DNA of 64,000 nucleotides from Vermamoeba vermiformis (Eukaryota): NCBI GenBank assembly GCA_045837725.1, contig JBEWZL010000239.1, positions 124,001 to 188,000 of the forward strand, read 5' to 3'. Shown piece by piece: positions 52,009 to 64,000 of this stretch (position 1 is its first letter; each line of letters starts with the position of its first letter). The notes under the pieces were generated by a model. It saw only the letters and a program-made list of their open reading frames with translations, ran no database searches and was not told where the DNA came from. The position numbers and the translations under genes were made by a program.

Positions 52009-54077
52009 ATGTCATTTAATCCTAGTGTGCTGGGAGGCACGCAAGCTTACCATCAAGCAATCGTAGAACAATTGTTGTTCGATGTGAAAGGTTACACGCA
52101 AATCCAACGAGTTAGACAAGATTTATTATCAGTATTACAACAATTTACATCATTATCTGCACGGTCAGCGCCTTTTGGTAAGTATTAATTGCTTGGATAA
52201 TTAAATACTATATTTTTACGTAAGATCGCAAAATTGAAAGAATAAGCAAGACTTATGAATCATAATTAGGCATTAATTATTAAAAATATGCATCATATGC
52301 ATCATAATATTAATTTTAAAATTATTTACAGCGCGAGGAAATGTCTCGGTCCCTTTGATCTGCTTGTCAGGCACAATTCCAGTCACTTACAAAAATGGCA
52401 ATTATAACATCCCTATTACTGTATATTTACCCGAAAATTATCCATATGCGCCACCTTATGTATTTGTCAATCCCACCCAAGGTAAGTGAAATTCCAAAAC
52501 TTTAATACAAAAATTTCTAGATCACGCTTATTCAAGCTGTAATACTACTTCAAATATTATGATGATTAAATCTAATTATAATATGATTTTTAGCAATGGT
52601 AATTACGCCGAAACACGCGTACGTTGATGCAACTTGCAAAGTGTCGCATCCGTACTTGACGGCGTGGAATCCCGTTCAAGAATTAGTTGGTCTTATGAAC
52701 GTCCTCCGACAAATTTTCTCGGAGAATCCTCCTGTCAGAAGCAAGCCTGCAAATGCTCCGCCTCCTTATCCTGGCTTTGGAAATCCCGCGCCAAAGTATG
52801 TCCTCACAATACCAAAATTAATTTTAATTTTTTTATTTTTACGCTACTAATAGATGCAAATATGAATTTATTTCGCATATATAAGCCCTATTATAGATTT
52901 GACTTTTTTAAACTAATTTTGTGTTTAGCAACGGATCCGTTTTGCCTCCGTACAATCCCTTAGGCAGTTCAATCAATTCACCGCCAGGCACGCCCTCCAT
53001 GCCAATCACACCAGTCGTGCAAGGACTGCCGCCAGGTTACAATCCGATGGGCATGTCAACACAGCCAGGCTCGTTGTCGAATTCACTGCTGGGCTCACAA
53101 TTCGGCCAAGGTCCACCGAACTACGGCCCTAATAACCCCGCGCCTAACAATAGCGCGGGCCAATACTCCACGTTCAATCCATTCGGCACCAATCCGTTCA
53201 ATCAAAATCCACAGCCTTCACAACCATTCAATCCCGCAACTTCACCGTACAATTCACCGCAACAGCCGCACGGTCTCACGCACTCAACGTCACCGTTCAA
53301 TCAGCACCAGCCCCCGCAATACGGCTCTGTCATTCCTGGTCAAAATCCCAACGTGTTTAACAAGCCACAACAGCCGCCACCACAGTACTCGCAGCCACTC
53401 GGCACTAACTCGCAGTACGCACCTTATTCGCCGCAACAGAACCCGCAGTCCTCGCCCATTACCTCGCCACAACACACGACGTACAACCCGCCACAACAGC
53501 CACAACCACCGCAACAAAATCCCGAGGACGTGGCACGTGCAAAATTGACGCTGAAATTGCAACAAAAGTTACGTGATTTCAACGAAAACAACGCCAAGTT
53601 GATCGAGCGCGAGATGATTGAAAGTTCAAATTTGGAAGAGACGAACAAATTGTTGGAACACTCGAAGAGCGATGTGTTGGCAGACAAGCAGCGCCAAGAG
53701 TCGGCCGTCATGCAGCTTCAGAAACAAATTGATGATTTGAACCGATGGCTCGAACAGAATGATAAGGATGAGATTAATATTGATGAGTATACTGAGCCAA
53801 AAGATGTGCTTAGAAAACAGTAAGTTCATCAGATCCACATCCGTCTTTTGTCTCCTTTTTTAACTCCTATTTATTTAGATTACTGCATCTTGTTGCAGAA
53901 GATATGGCTATTGAAGACGTTCAATATGAGTTAAATAGGGCGCTCTTCAACGGACAAATAGATCTTGCTACACACGTCAAACTCACGCGTACTTTATCGC
54001 GCGAACAATTCTTTAAGCGTGCATTGATCAAGAAAATTCATGCAGTTGAAGCAGGTGCACCAATTGGACATATGTAA
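52009..54077 (+). CDS. TSG101: TSG101/Vps23 ESCRT-I subunit
   Basis: UEV domain (LSGTIPVTYKNGNYNIPI.VYLPENYPYAPPYVFVNPT, HPYLTAW), Pro-rich region, coiled coil, steadiness box AEDMAIED...RTLSREQFFKRAL. Confidence 0.93.
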
Positions 54078-54476
54078 ATGAATGTAAATAATAAACGGAT
54101 GCAACCCATCCGTTTGAATGATTTTACTTGTGTACGAATTTAGTCGTTGTTTAGGGTGCAATCGTCCACAAGCTTAGCGCAACTCATGAGTTCTGCAGTT
54201 GTTTTCACGACTGAACTCATTCCGATAAAAATAGAATTCCTGAGACCAGTGGGCACGTGGTGGCGTTTAAAGAGCAATCAAATCTTACTGATTTCATGAT
54301 GATCATCACCATAATTGAATAACCACAACAGGTCAACACATTACGCTGGCATAATCAGAGATGGTACGTGCACCAAAAAATTCAAATTATTTAGATTTTT
54401 ATGAGCAATTATCAAATGCAAGAGCCAACATATGCCGTAAATTAATATGTTTTTTTTATAGAGTAACCAAGATCAA

Positions 54477-55397
54477 ATGAAGAAAAATGGCCCATCTGGC
54501 ACAAACCAGTCTTTTCTGATTGACTATTCAGCGGCGTTCTTATCACAAATTGTTAGTGCCACAGCTAATGCACCAGTAGGGCGAGGAACGATATTATTGC
54601 AAACGAATTACGAGCTTGTCCGACAAAATCGGTTGGATTCGCCCTACAAGGGCGTTGTGGACTGTTTCAAGCGCACTTATCAACAAGAAGGTCTTTGGTC
54701 ATTTTGGCGAGGAAATACTATCAATATAGCTAGAGCTGCCATTGCTCCTGCAGCAAATTTCGCATTGAAAGACACTTTTCGGCAGATCTTCAAAGCAAAC
54801 AAGCAAATCGATGGCTATGGCATGTGGTTTGCTAAAAATATCGCTGGTGGTGCTGCAGCTGGTGCTACTGTGCTGCTCTTCGCATATCCCTTGGATCTCG
54901 GATACGTCAAGCGAACTTCGGATGTGCTTTCACCTCACACCGGATCGACCAGAAAACACGGCGGAGTAGTCTCGATATGGAAGGACGTTGTTAAGCACGA
55001 CGGCGTGACTGGTTTGTACCGCGGTCTTGGTCTCTCAGTGGCAGGCATAGCTGTGTACCGTGGCTTGTACTTTGGCCTGTACGACAGTCTGAAGCCGGTA
55101 GTTATCGCCAATCCCAACAACTTTGCCGCGTCATTTGCACTCGGATGGGGCGTGACACTTGGAGCAGGTCTGGCCTCGTATCCATTCCATTTGATGCGAA
55201 ACCGATTGATGGTCACGACTGGCGGTGGATTGACCTACAAACACTCGCTGCACTTGGCTCGTGAAATTATGGCCAAAGAAGGACTGCGCGGCTTCTTCCG
55301 CGGCTTTTTGTTCAAAACAACTCTCGGCATTGCTGGTGCTGGTGCATTGGCTGGCTACGATCTCTTGAAGGACATGGCCTACTCGAAGGGCAAGTAA
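54477..55397 (+). CDS. Mitochondrial carrier, divergent ADP/ATP translocase-like
   Basis: 306 aa; PYKGVVDCFKR, SFWRGN, NFALKD, YRGLYFGLYDSLK, LASYPF. Several signature residues are altered. Confidence 0.85.
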   Translation: MKKNGPSGTNQSFLIDYSAAFLSQIVSATANAPVGRGTILLQTNYELVRQNRLDSPYKGVVDCFKRTYQQEGLWSFWRGNTINIARAAIAPAANFALKDTFRQIFKANKQIDGYGMWFAKNIAGGAAAGATVLLFAYPLDLGYVKRTSDVLSPHTGSTRKHGGVVSIWKDVVKHDGVTGLYRGLGLSVAGIAVYRGLYFGLYDSLKPVVIANPNNFAASFALGWGVTLGAGLASYPFHLMRNRLMVTTGGGLTYKHSLHLAREIMAKEGLRGFFRGFLFKTTLGIAGAGALAGYDLLKDMAYSKGK

Positions 55398-56044
55398 TCA
55401 TTAGCTCAAGGCGTGAGAAACAGAACAGTTCTATTAAAAATGAAGAATAATTACTGCGTTAAATAGTTACGGTAACGACAGTATTAATTTTGTGTTGATT
55501 ATTTTACGTTGTACATCCATAAAAAAATCTTTAAATATTCTTACGCCCAAAGAATTAAGCCACTTATTTGTCGTCATAATTAGTTACTTACATTAATTTA
55601 CCGTCATAATTAAGGATTATAATCCAAATTTCAGCATTCTTGAAGAAAGATTTCTAGCGTCTGTGGATCCCGTACTGATCCGCTTATACGCATATTAACT
55701 TACTGTTGTATCAATATTACCGAAGCGTAATTCGGTGTGCTATGTTGGGAACTTTTCGTTGAATAGCTCACAAACCTGGAACGGATAATTTTTTGAAAAC
55801 TCAAGGAACATTTTTAAACGGATCGTTTTGTGTTATATACCACACTAGTGTATTGTATCATATTTAAATGGCTTAGCGAATAATTAGCGAAGAGGTAATA
55901 AATTTTAACTCAATTTGCAAACTTATTAAAATTTACGTTAATAACGAAACGCGTCTCAATGGAAAAATATTAAATTATTAATTACGTCGTATAGCACTAG
56001 AGAATAGACGAAATATTAGTCACTTAGTTCGATAGAAGTAGCAG

Positions 56045-58937
56045 ATGGAGGAAAATTGGAGAAAACATTATGAGAAAGCGAAGCGAGGCGCGCTTATTAC
56101 AATTAAAAATTACACAAAAAATGTATTAGATCGTGTGAGCTATTCACTGGACCATGGCAAATGGACTCTGCTGCCTCAAGGTATTAATTAAAATATTAAT
56201 TAAATTTCAGATTCGTTTTGGAGACATAAACCACGCTTTTGCAAATTATAAATCAATCATATAATTCTATTACATTCGTAAATATTTTCTATGTTGCAGA
56301 TCTGGTATATTGAATGGCAGATCTAATTTATTTTTTGACAGACTCGATCCCGGCGTACTCTGAAGTCCAATTTTGTTCTGTTAGCAGTAGTAAAGGATTA
56401 ACAGGTATATTATAATTAGTATATGATTAATTGATTTATTTTACTGAAATTATTGAATCAACCTGTCAACTTATCGGATTTACTATTACAGGTACGTCAG
56501 GAAAGGTTACATATAGACTAGCAGATAATCCAGCAGTTAAATTTGAATTTGTATGGGACAATCCTTGGATGGAAAGCAGATCTGCTGTTTGTCACGTCGT
56601 CGGTACGTTAGCTAGATCCAACTAACAAACACAAAAATTCAAAAAAATCATATTTATAGATCTATAATATGTAATCCTAATATATATGATATTATAGGCG
56701 GTACAGATCGGTTTACTGTCGAACAAACGACGAATAAGCGGTCTCAATATGAAGTTACTTGGGCGATCGAACAGATCAGCACTGCAAGTCCTCTGTCGCG
56801 GTCTTCTGGAAATTTAAACGTATCTAAGATATTAAATGAAGAAGGTAAGCATAATATTAAGTATATAAGCCTTATACGGCATTAAAGTCTGAAAACTTAA
56901 ACCTTGATCTGGATCGGGTAAATAACCAATTCATTACTTCAAAGAAAATTACCGACGGGATCGCTTATACTCATATAATGCTATTTATTTATGATATCGT
57001 AACATTGAAACTCGGATCTACCGTACAAAGAATTGGATTCGAATAGCGGACTAATTCTTTTGATTCTCGTAGACTACAAAGGAGTCAAGCTGGCACTCGA
57101 CGATCAATTCGATCTATGGAAGAGTGAACAACAACAAGCGAACAGAAGTGTCAATTTTGTCATTGAAAACGAGTCAGATATCGTGTTCAAGCGACAGTTG
57201 CACAACTTGAATCAAGGTGTGTGGAGCAAATATCCGCCTGAAGTCATTGCTGGCGGATCCACGGTCGAGTTCGGATGCAGAAGGTATGTTAGTCATACAA
57301 CAGTATAATCATCATACCTATATTAACGAGTCGAAACACGCACTCTCACAACTATAATTTCACGCATGAAAAAATTTGAAATTTAATCGATATATTAATA
57401 TCTAACGTAAATACAGTGCATTTATAACACAATTTTTCAATTTTTTCGTTTTTCGTGAATTTTTAAGACGGAAATTTGACGTGTGTTTGACACGACAACT
57501 GACATCGGTTCCAGTGATTCACTGGTCGGCGGTACTTCGGGCCGCATCACGTACTCAGCGCCAGAGAACGTGGACGTGGTGACACTGACCTTTGACAATC
57601 CACTCGATGGCGACAAGGCATTTGACGCGTGGACCAAAACACCGATATTTGACGTCGAAGTCGAGACCGATGAAGAACATAATGCTACTGTGATATATAG
57701 GATAGCTTGTTTATCAAAAGAAGATTATTTAGAGAAATTAGAAGAAAAACAAAAATTGAAACGAACGAGCGAAGATTGGGATCGATCGGATTCCGAGGGA
57801 AATACTCCACGAGGTTCAATTACACCCAGAATTAGTTCTACTAATCTCACTGATAAACCAGTTATGCCACCGACAATGTTATTACAGCCACAAGCAAGCA
57901 GTGACAGTATTTCCAGCGCAGGCGTGAAGGCACTCAACTTGTCGGCATCAGCGCTCAAACGCACGAGCTCAAAGATGCCGGATCTAGTCGCCATTGCACG
58001 CGCAGTAAGTCCCTATAATATAAAACTATAGTATATGAGCTTATAGTAATGTCTATATTGTGATTATAGAGGATATTTGGCGTGCCTCTGAAAGTTATCA
58101 TTGAACGCGAAAACACGAGGACGCACTTGCCGCTCATTGTAGAGAAGATTGTAGAACATTTAACCAAATATGGTAATGCTATTTATACTTACCCCGGGTC
58201 CTATTATATATATCTAATATGAGTATTATATTAATAGGCTTTGATGACCCATGTCTGTTTAGAAAACCTGGCTTGTTACACGAAGTTAAATTTTTGCGAA
58301 ATCAATTCGACGCGAATAGCAAAGGTAATAATTATAATATATATATTATTAGTAAACAATAATAGGCATACTAATTAATGTCCCTTATTGTAGCTTCATT
58401 GGATTTCAAAAACTACTCGATCCATTCGTTAGCGCATCTGCTGAAGATCTTTTTAAAAGAATTAGAAACGCCGATTATTCCGCTCAATTTAAATGTTAAA
58501 TATTCTAGTTATATTCGTAAGTAACAATTAATCGAGGAACTGCTTTCTTCACCTTAAAATATTTCGATCCGGTACATCCGCTCGAAATTCTTTTTTCCCC
58601 ACGAAATATTATGAAATTATCGCCATATGCTAATTATTATTTACTAGTGAGTCACTTGGGCGCTAATAGCACAATGTCATTCGGCATATTCATGTCCGAG
58701 TTTTTGACGCAGATCCCAGAACTCAATTTGACGCTCTTCCAATACTTGTGTAAATTTTTCGTATTATTGGTGGAGAAGGGCAAACACGACATAGACTCAT
58801 TAGCGAACATATTTGGTCCGTTGATCTGCAGAGAAAAACCTTCGTCTGATCCGAACATTCCCGATTTGTCGTTAGCAGTACGAAGGACATTAAGGGATGT
58901 AATTATGAACTATCGATCAATAAGTCAATTCCAATAA
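56045..58937 (+). CDS. Two aegerolysin/Cry34-like beta domains + C-terminal RhoGAP
   Basis: Two repeats of I.N.....R....L..G.W...P...I....GTSG.[VI]TY....[WF]DNP; then IFGVPL, PLIVEKIVEHL, LFRKPG, LAHLLKIFLKELETPIIP, LANIFGPLI. Confidence 0.8.
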
Positions 58938-59026
58938 ATCCTCTTTTGTTACATTAACCAACTGGGTCTTGACTAACACTGCCTTTTTTTTTGTTACTTT
59001 GAATAATTAAAGTTTATTTTTCTAGC

Positions 59027-61598
59027 TCACTTGTTCTCAACAGTCTTTGTCCTCAAATTTGTCTTCTGCTTTCTGGAGTAAGTTAGTACCTCCTTAACTT
59101 TTGGAAGGTAGCAAAACTTACACTTAATTTGTGCCAATGATGCAAATGTAGGCCCAAAGTACTCCTCCATGTTATTCTTGTGCACAACATACATGTTGGG
59201 CTTGAGCTTGAGGTCAGTGTGTGGATGTCTGTTGGAGATCATGCCAAACACCCAATCATAGCCAAGGTGAGCCAAGTGAGTGTTGAATAGTTTCTCAGCT
59301 TTTTCATACTCATAATCAAGTTCTTCTTGGGTCAGATCTTTTGTACTGTCATTGGAAGTGTACTGTTGAAACTCAATGACATTGTTAGACAGCCAATAGA
59401 ATGCATCAACTCCAGTTGTGTTAGTATCATTTTGACACACCAATGACTTGAGTGGAGCTTTGAAGCTTCTACCATCAAGCAATGAGGTAACAACAGGGGA
59501 TTCTTCATCTCCTTTGAATGAATTGGGAAATTGTTCCAAGAGCAGCACTGGCTCAACCACACGTTTGTCCACAAAGTAAGAGTGGCACTTAGATCCAAAT
59601 TCAGCCCCAGAGTGAAAGTCTTCTGTTACAAAGCACTATTAGATACATCAACTGCACATTGGTACTTACTTAAATTCATTGGTGTTGGATTGCCTGCAGA
59701 GAGGGCACCAAGTTTGAAAGCAATGTATTTGACATTGAAGGTCGCCCATGAATCCAGTGTGTTAGCCCCCTTGTCATCCCATGAGAATGTGAAGAGCTTG
59801 TGTGCATACACAAAATAATCATCAAATTGGAGCCAAGACAATAGATAGGCTGGGGGAATAGCAATATGCACACCCATGTGATTGGCCTTTCCAAATAGAA
59901 GGTATCCATTCCTAGCTCCATCTTCAATTGTTTCACCATTGGGTAACTTCTCTGTAAAGGACACAATTGCTTTTGAAAGACACATCTCAACCAATGCCCT
60001 TGCAGTGTCTGCACCAGGGGTGCCAATCTGATATGAGGACAGCAAGTGTTGTTTGATTGCATTGAATGGCAGGCAATCAAGGTTTGGCAAGCTCTTGTTC
60101 AGGACTTTTGCATGTTGATTGACAAGAGCCAAAAATTGTTCCAGTAGTCTTGGTGGGTTGACTAAATCAGCCAAACACTTTTGAAACTGTTTTGAACCGC
60201 TCCAGTTCAATAGGTAAGGATAATCCTTCACCATAGCTAAAATAGGAAAATTTGGTAATTTGCTAAATGATGGTACTGGCACATACCATCAAGAATAGAG
60301 GTGACATCGCCAAGAGACAGAAGACAGGGGAAAACACTGAGAGGGAACCCTATAGTACTGATAACCTCCCTTAAGGGAGTGTGAATTGTACCTGGAAAAA
60401 ATGATTAAGTTGACTGCAGAGTAACATTACCACTCACCTGCAAAGAGCACAAGTAACCTCTTGTTGTGTGCGTGCACTGCTCTTGAAATCGATGTTACAA
60501 GCTTTCTGAAGCCATCTTTGCAGTAATCATACAGACTATTTATCTCATCAATGGCCAGCACAACATTCTTAACCCCAAGCTCTGCAAATCTGTCCATCAG
60601 TGTGCACAACTGCAAATGAGATTAGAAGTTGTATGACTAGTGATAATTTGTACTGTCATGTTTTGCCAATGTTCAAAATTGAAATCTTGCAAACTTTCAT
60701 GGCCTGTGTTGTAATAATTCAACAATATTCTTGCCACAACACTTCCAGAGATGTCAATTAATTTGAATAAATCATTAACTTCATTGTTTGCTACAACATG
60801 TTGTTAGTTGTTACTGGGATTGCATCATTTTAACTTACTAGGACGTGAGCCATTCCCATAAGTAACATACAAAAGGATAGTCTCATCACTTAGCAATTGA
60901 CTATCCAATAGTGCATTTTCTTGTTTTTTTGCACAATCCTATTTGCACACATTAACATGTGAAGTCACTAAATATGCAAAATTACCTTCAACATGTTCAA
61001 GGTCTCAAGCAGCATGCGTGTTTTGCCAGTGCCAGGGCCTCCATAGATGAATGGTATGAAGAGCTTTGGCGAAGTTTTTGCAAATGTAGAATTAGCTGCA
61101 AAGTAGAGTTGATCTTTGATCTGATGAGAGGTGCAGTAACGAAATGAGCCTCCAAATGAATCAATGACCTGCCAAATGGTCAAATTGGTTCAAAGTGAAG
61201 GCACAATAAGGTAACATACATCAGTGACTTTGGTGGATTGAGGCGGGTGAGTGACAATCTCTTTCATCCAGCTCACTTGTTGTTGCTGTGGAGACTGCTC
61301 TGTGACAAAATATTACAAAAATAATAATTTTACATTACCAAATTGATTTTGAACGAACACCCGAGCAAAACAATTTTTAAAACGGAGTAAATCCGGATTT
61401 TATACAATATATTGTGTGTAAATACACAGTTAATTAATTACCAATTATTAGTAGTCATAATAATAAACACCTACCTGGATCGAGTTTCATTCGTTTGTTT
61501 GGATTCGCATCCGATGGTACATTGTCCGCAGGTCTTTTCGTCGCCACTATAAAGCCGTAATTAATTCTTGAATTAGTTAATTATTATACCTACTCACT
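59027..61598 (-). CDS. P-loop NTPase + putative PD-(D/E)xK nuclease, Crinkler/RHS (CR)-type effector-like
   Basis: GGPGTGKTR (Walker A), VLAIDE (Walker B), LKDFHSGA, QNDTNTTGVDAF..IEFQQY, YFGPTFA. Exons splice into an open frame. The 5' end is inferred. Confidence 0.6.
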
Positions 61599-61975
61599 GC
61601 TGTTGTTATTAACGTTAGATCTTTGAACAAATAGAAGTGCCCCGCTAAAACCTTAATTTTTGCAGCTCGTTGGAATATCGGAAAGGAAAACCACAACGAC
61701 CAATTTTCTTCCCAAAGTACTTCCAAACAAATGAAAATGGCTCACGTGCCTATGACGAGCAATATGATGGTACGTCATTCGTCGCAAAATGAATACGATT
61801 GTACCGAAATCTAACCACGATCAAATCCGGATCTCGTTCAATCAAATTTGGTTCAATTCGCTGAGGGACATAGTAATCCACTTACCTGTGTACCAGTCAT
61901 ATAGCCTTTTTGAGTGAATATTGATTCGATCCGAATCATTGGCCGTAGTAACGTTGTTTATTAGTTAAGTCCATG

Positions 61976-62957
61976 TTAATCTCGTTCAAAGAAATAGACC
62001 CACGAATGTTTGTCGTGATGAATATTGCCAACCAACTTCCAGCCTCTATTGAAAGAAGAATTAGCGGAATTTTAACCAGTACATCTGATCTGATCGGATT
62101 TGAAAATTCAAAAGATCGTACGCTACTAATACTAATATTAATACTATAATATCGTACCTTGCTCTAACCATGTCCATAGCTTGCAATACTTTGCTCCAAA
62201 ACTGTTCTTGAGCACTTGAATTGGCGCTAATTCGCCCTAGATCTTCCGTCTCTTTGCCAATTTGAAATATTAAGCTTGCTTCGCCACCAGACTAGATCAA
62301 ATAATATACTATTAATATATAGTGCATATCGCTATCATTAATTTTTCTGGAATTACCTCTGTTACTCGTAAACAACTCGTACGCGCAAAATAATTTGAAT
62401 TTGAATGTGAATTGCCAGGCATATTAGGCAAATAAAATGTAGCTTCGCGCAGCACGAGCTCTTTGCTCATGCCTGGAGGTATGACTAAGCTGCCTGTGCG
62501 CATGTAGTCCAAGATCGGTTCGAAGTACCGGCCGTTACGATCTGTTGCAGAAAAATTTATAAGTCGGTGAGTTCTTTTAAGGACATTATTAAGTATGGAA
62601 ATATACATGAATCGATTTTAAGCAAATTAACCCAGGGGCGAATTGGATCTGAAATTTAAAAATTTACGCATCTCGTTTCAATTAATATTTAAAAACCCAA
62701 AAATATTATAAAAATGCCATCGTTAATATAGGTGAAATATTATTATTACTATAATGCAGGAATTGTAATTACGTACCAATAAAATAATATCCATCCTCAT
62801 CAATAACAGCAGGTTTAAGTCCCATTAATAAATCAGTTATATAATTATCTCCCATTGAGCTCACTGTAGCTTCAGTAGTATGATATTTCTTGCCACCCAC
62901 ATTAATTTTGATTATTTTGCTCGTGGCGCCAGATGGGATTTGAGGTTTCGATGCCAT
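61976..62957 (-). CDS. BTB/POZ (KCTD/T1-type) domain protein
   Basis: IKINVGGKKYHTT..T, DEDGYYFIDRNGRYFEPILDYMRTG, VLREATFY; C-terminal GWKLVG...YFFERD. Confidence 0.88.
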
Positions 62958-63346
62958 TTTCAGTAAATAATCTATTTCTATTCTCTTCTAATATACAATA
63001 AATTATTTAAACGATAAATCGCCTTTTCAAAAAACAGGCGATTAATCATGTTTTGGATCTCACGTCAAATTTCTGCGCGAGGTTCAATTTCAATTGCGAA
63101 TTGAATACTTTGCTGAACTTAAGATTGAAATGTTCGTTTGGTGTCAAAGGATTACTCCAATAATGTTCAACGAGTTTGCAAGCAAAAAAAGCCACATCCA
63201 AGCCAAAGAATGAACTGTTGGATTAAAACTCAAGCTGACATTTACATTCCGTCCGATTTACAAACTATTACATTCTATGACTACAATTACATTCGCTGAA
63301 CAATTAAACATATATTACAAGCTCTGAGAGCGAGATCCACTTACTT

Positions 63347-64000
63347 TTACAAACCCGCGCTTAATCCAACGTGGTGTTTGTAAGTAATGTTCAATGGCTG
63401 TCCTAGCATTAACTCCAGCATACTGACCATGAAGTCTACTAGGATCTTCAACCATTTCCAGCAAGGATTACGCACAAAAGTACGCATTAAGAGCTCAACG
63501 CGATCTGCGTGCTTCAGATCTCGTCTTGTGAGCTGCAAATTGACGAGTGCAGCGATGTATATAGCGATGAGGGCAGGAAGGCCAGGCTTGTCGAATACAG
63601 CTGCTTGAACAGATGCTTCTTGCGCATGTTGAGAAGCCTGAATCTCGTTGCCGATCAACCAGTGGTCCAACGCAAGGAAGGCCTAAATGAACATAATTAA
63701 TACCGAATCGAAGGCAATAACGGTATACGAAACAAATGTCGAATCGGAAGCACCCCGAGATTTTCGGGTTCAAATTTGTGTTTCGGGATCTCATGTGTTT
63801 CCAACGCCGAAGCTAAAAATAGCTATCATTTAATCACTAGTTACCTCTTCAATAAGTCGCTTATAAGGCTTAGTGTATCCAGGCTCCACAAGGTCAGCGT
63901 AATTGGCAGCAGTAAAAGTAGCTTTGAGCATGTCGTAATAGTAGAAGATCAAGCCCTTCGTCTCCGTGGATAACATTGATGGTATGACGTGCTCGAGGCT
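63347..64000 (-). CDS. 3' part of an unidentified helical protein (continues beyond the window)
   Basis: Open frame 64000-63844, GT-AG intron, final exon AFLALDHWLIG...GLSAGL*. Confidence 0.55.

Noticed and set aside
54290-54370. C/D snoRNA candidate (ATGATGA)
   Set aside because: No downstream CTGA D box or terminal stem.
59573-59680. Apparent stop/frameshift in the CR-type gene
   Set aside because: Resolved by a GTAAGT...TAACAG intron that restores MNLKDFHSGAEFG.

Overview
AT-rich, compact eukaryotic genomic DNA with short GT-AG introns (mostly 45-70 nt) and CTAAC/CTAAT branch points. The gene content suggests a protist, most plausibly an amoebozoan (inference only). The first 22.4 kb is a head-to-tail array of ten Zn(II)2Cys6 (GAL4-type) transcription-factor paralogues: one partial, two disrupted, plus a decayed remnant. 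Most copies carry the same upstream element, GAAATTTCA-NN-TCGGCGAAA...CTCCG, 78-102 bp before the ATG. The array is interrupted by a GPI-anchored clan GH-A glycoside hydrolase and a coiled-coil repeat ORF. The rest holds three PA-domain/7TM receptor-like genes, a ZZ-finger/Clu-domain protein, HELQ, two tandem ABCC transporters, SWSAP1, TSG101, a degenerate ADP/ATP carrier, an aegerolysin-like/RhoGAP fusion, a Crinkler/RHS-type NTPase-nuclease in a sharply bounded CpG-depleted island, a BTB protein and a partial gene. Two window-wide signals stand out: hairpin-packed long introns and a TGTA(A/C)ATA element after most stop codons. All gene models and counts were made by eye; no database search was run.
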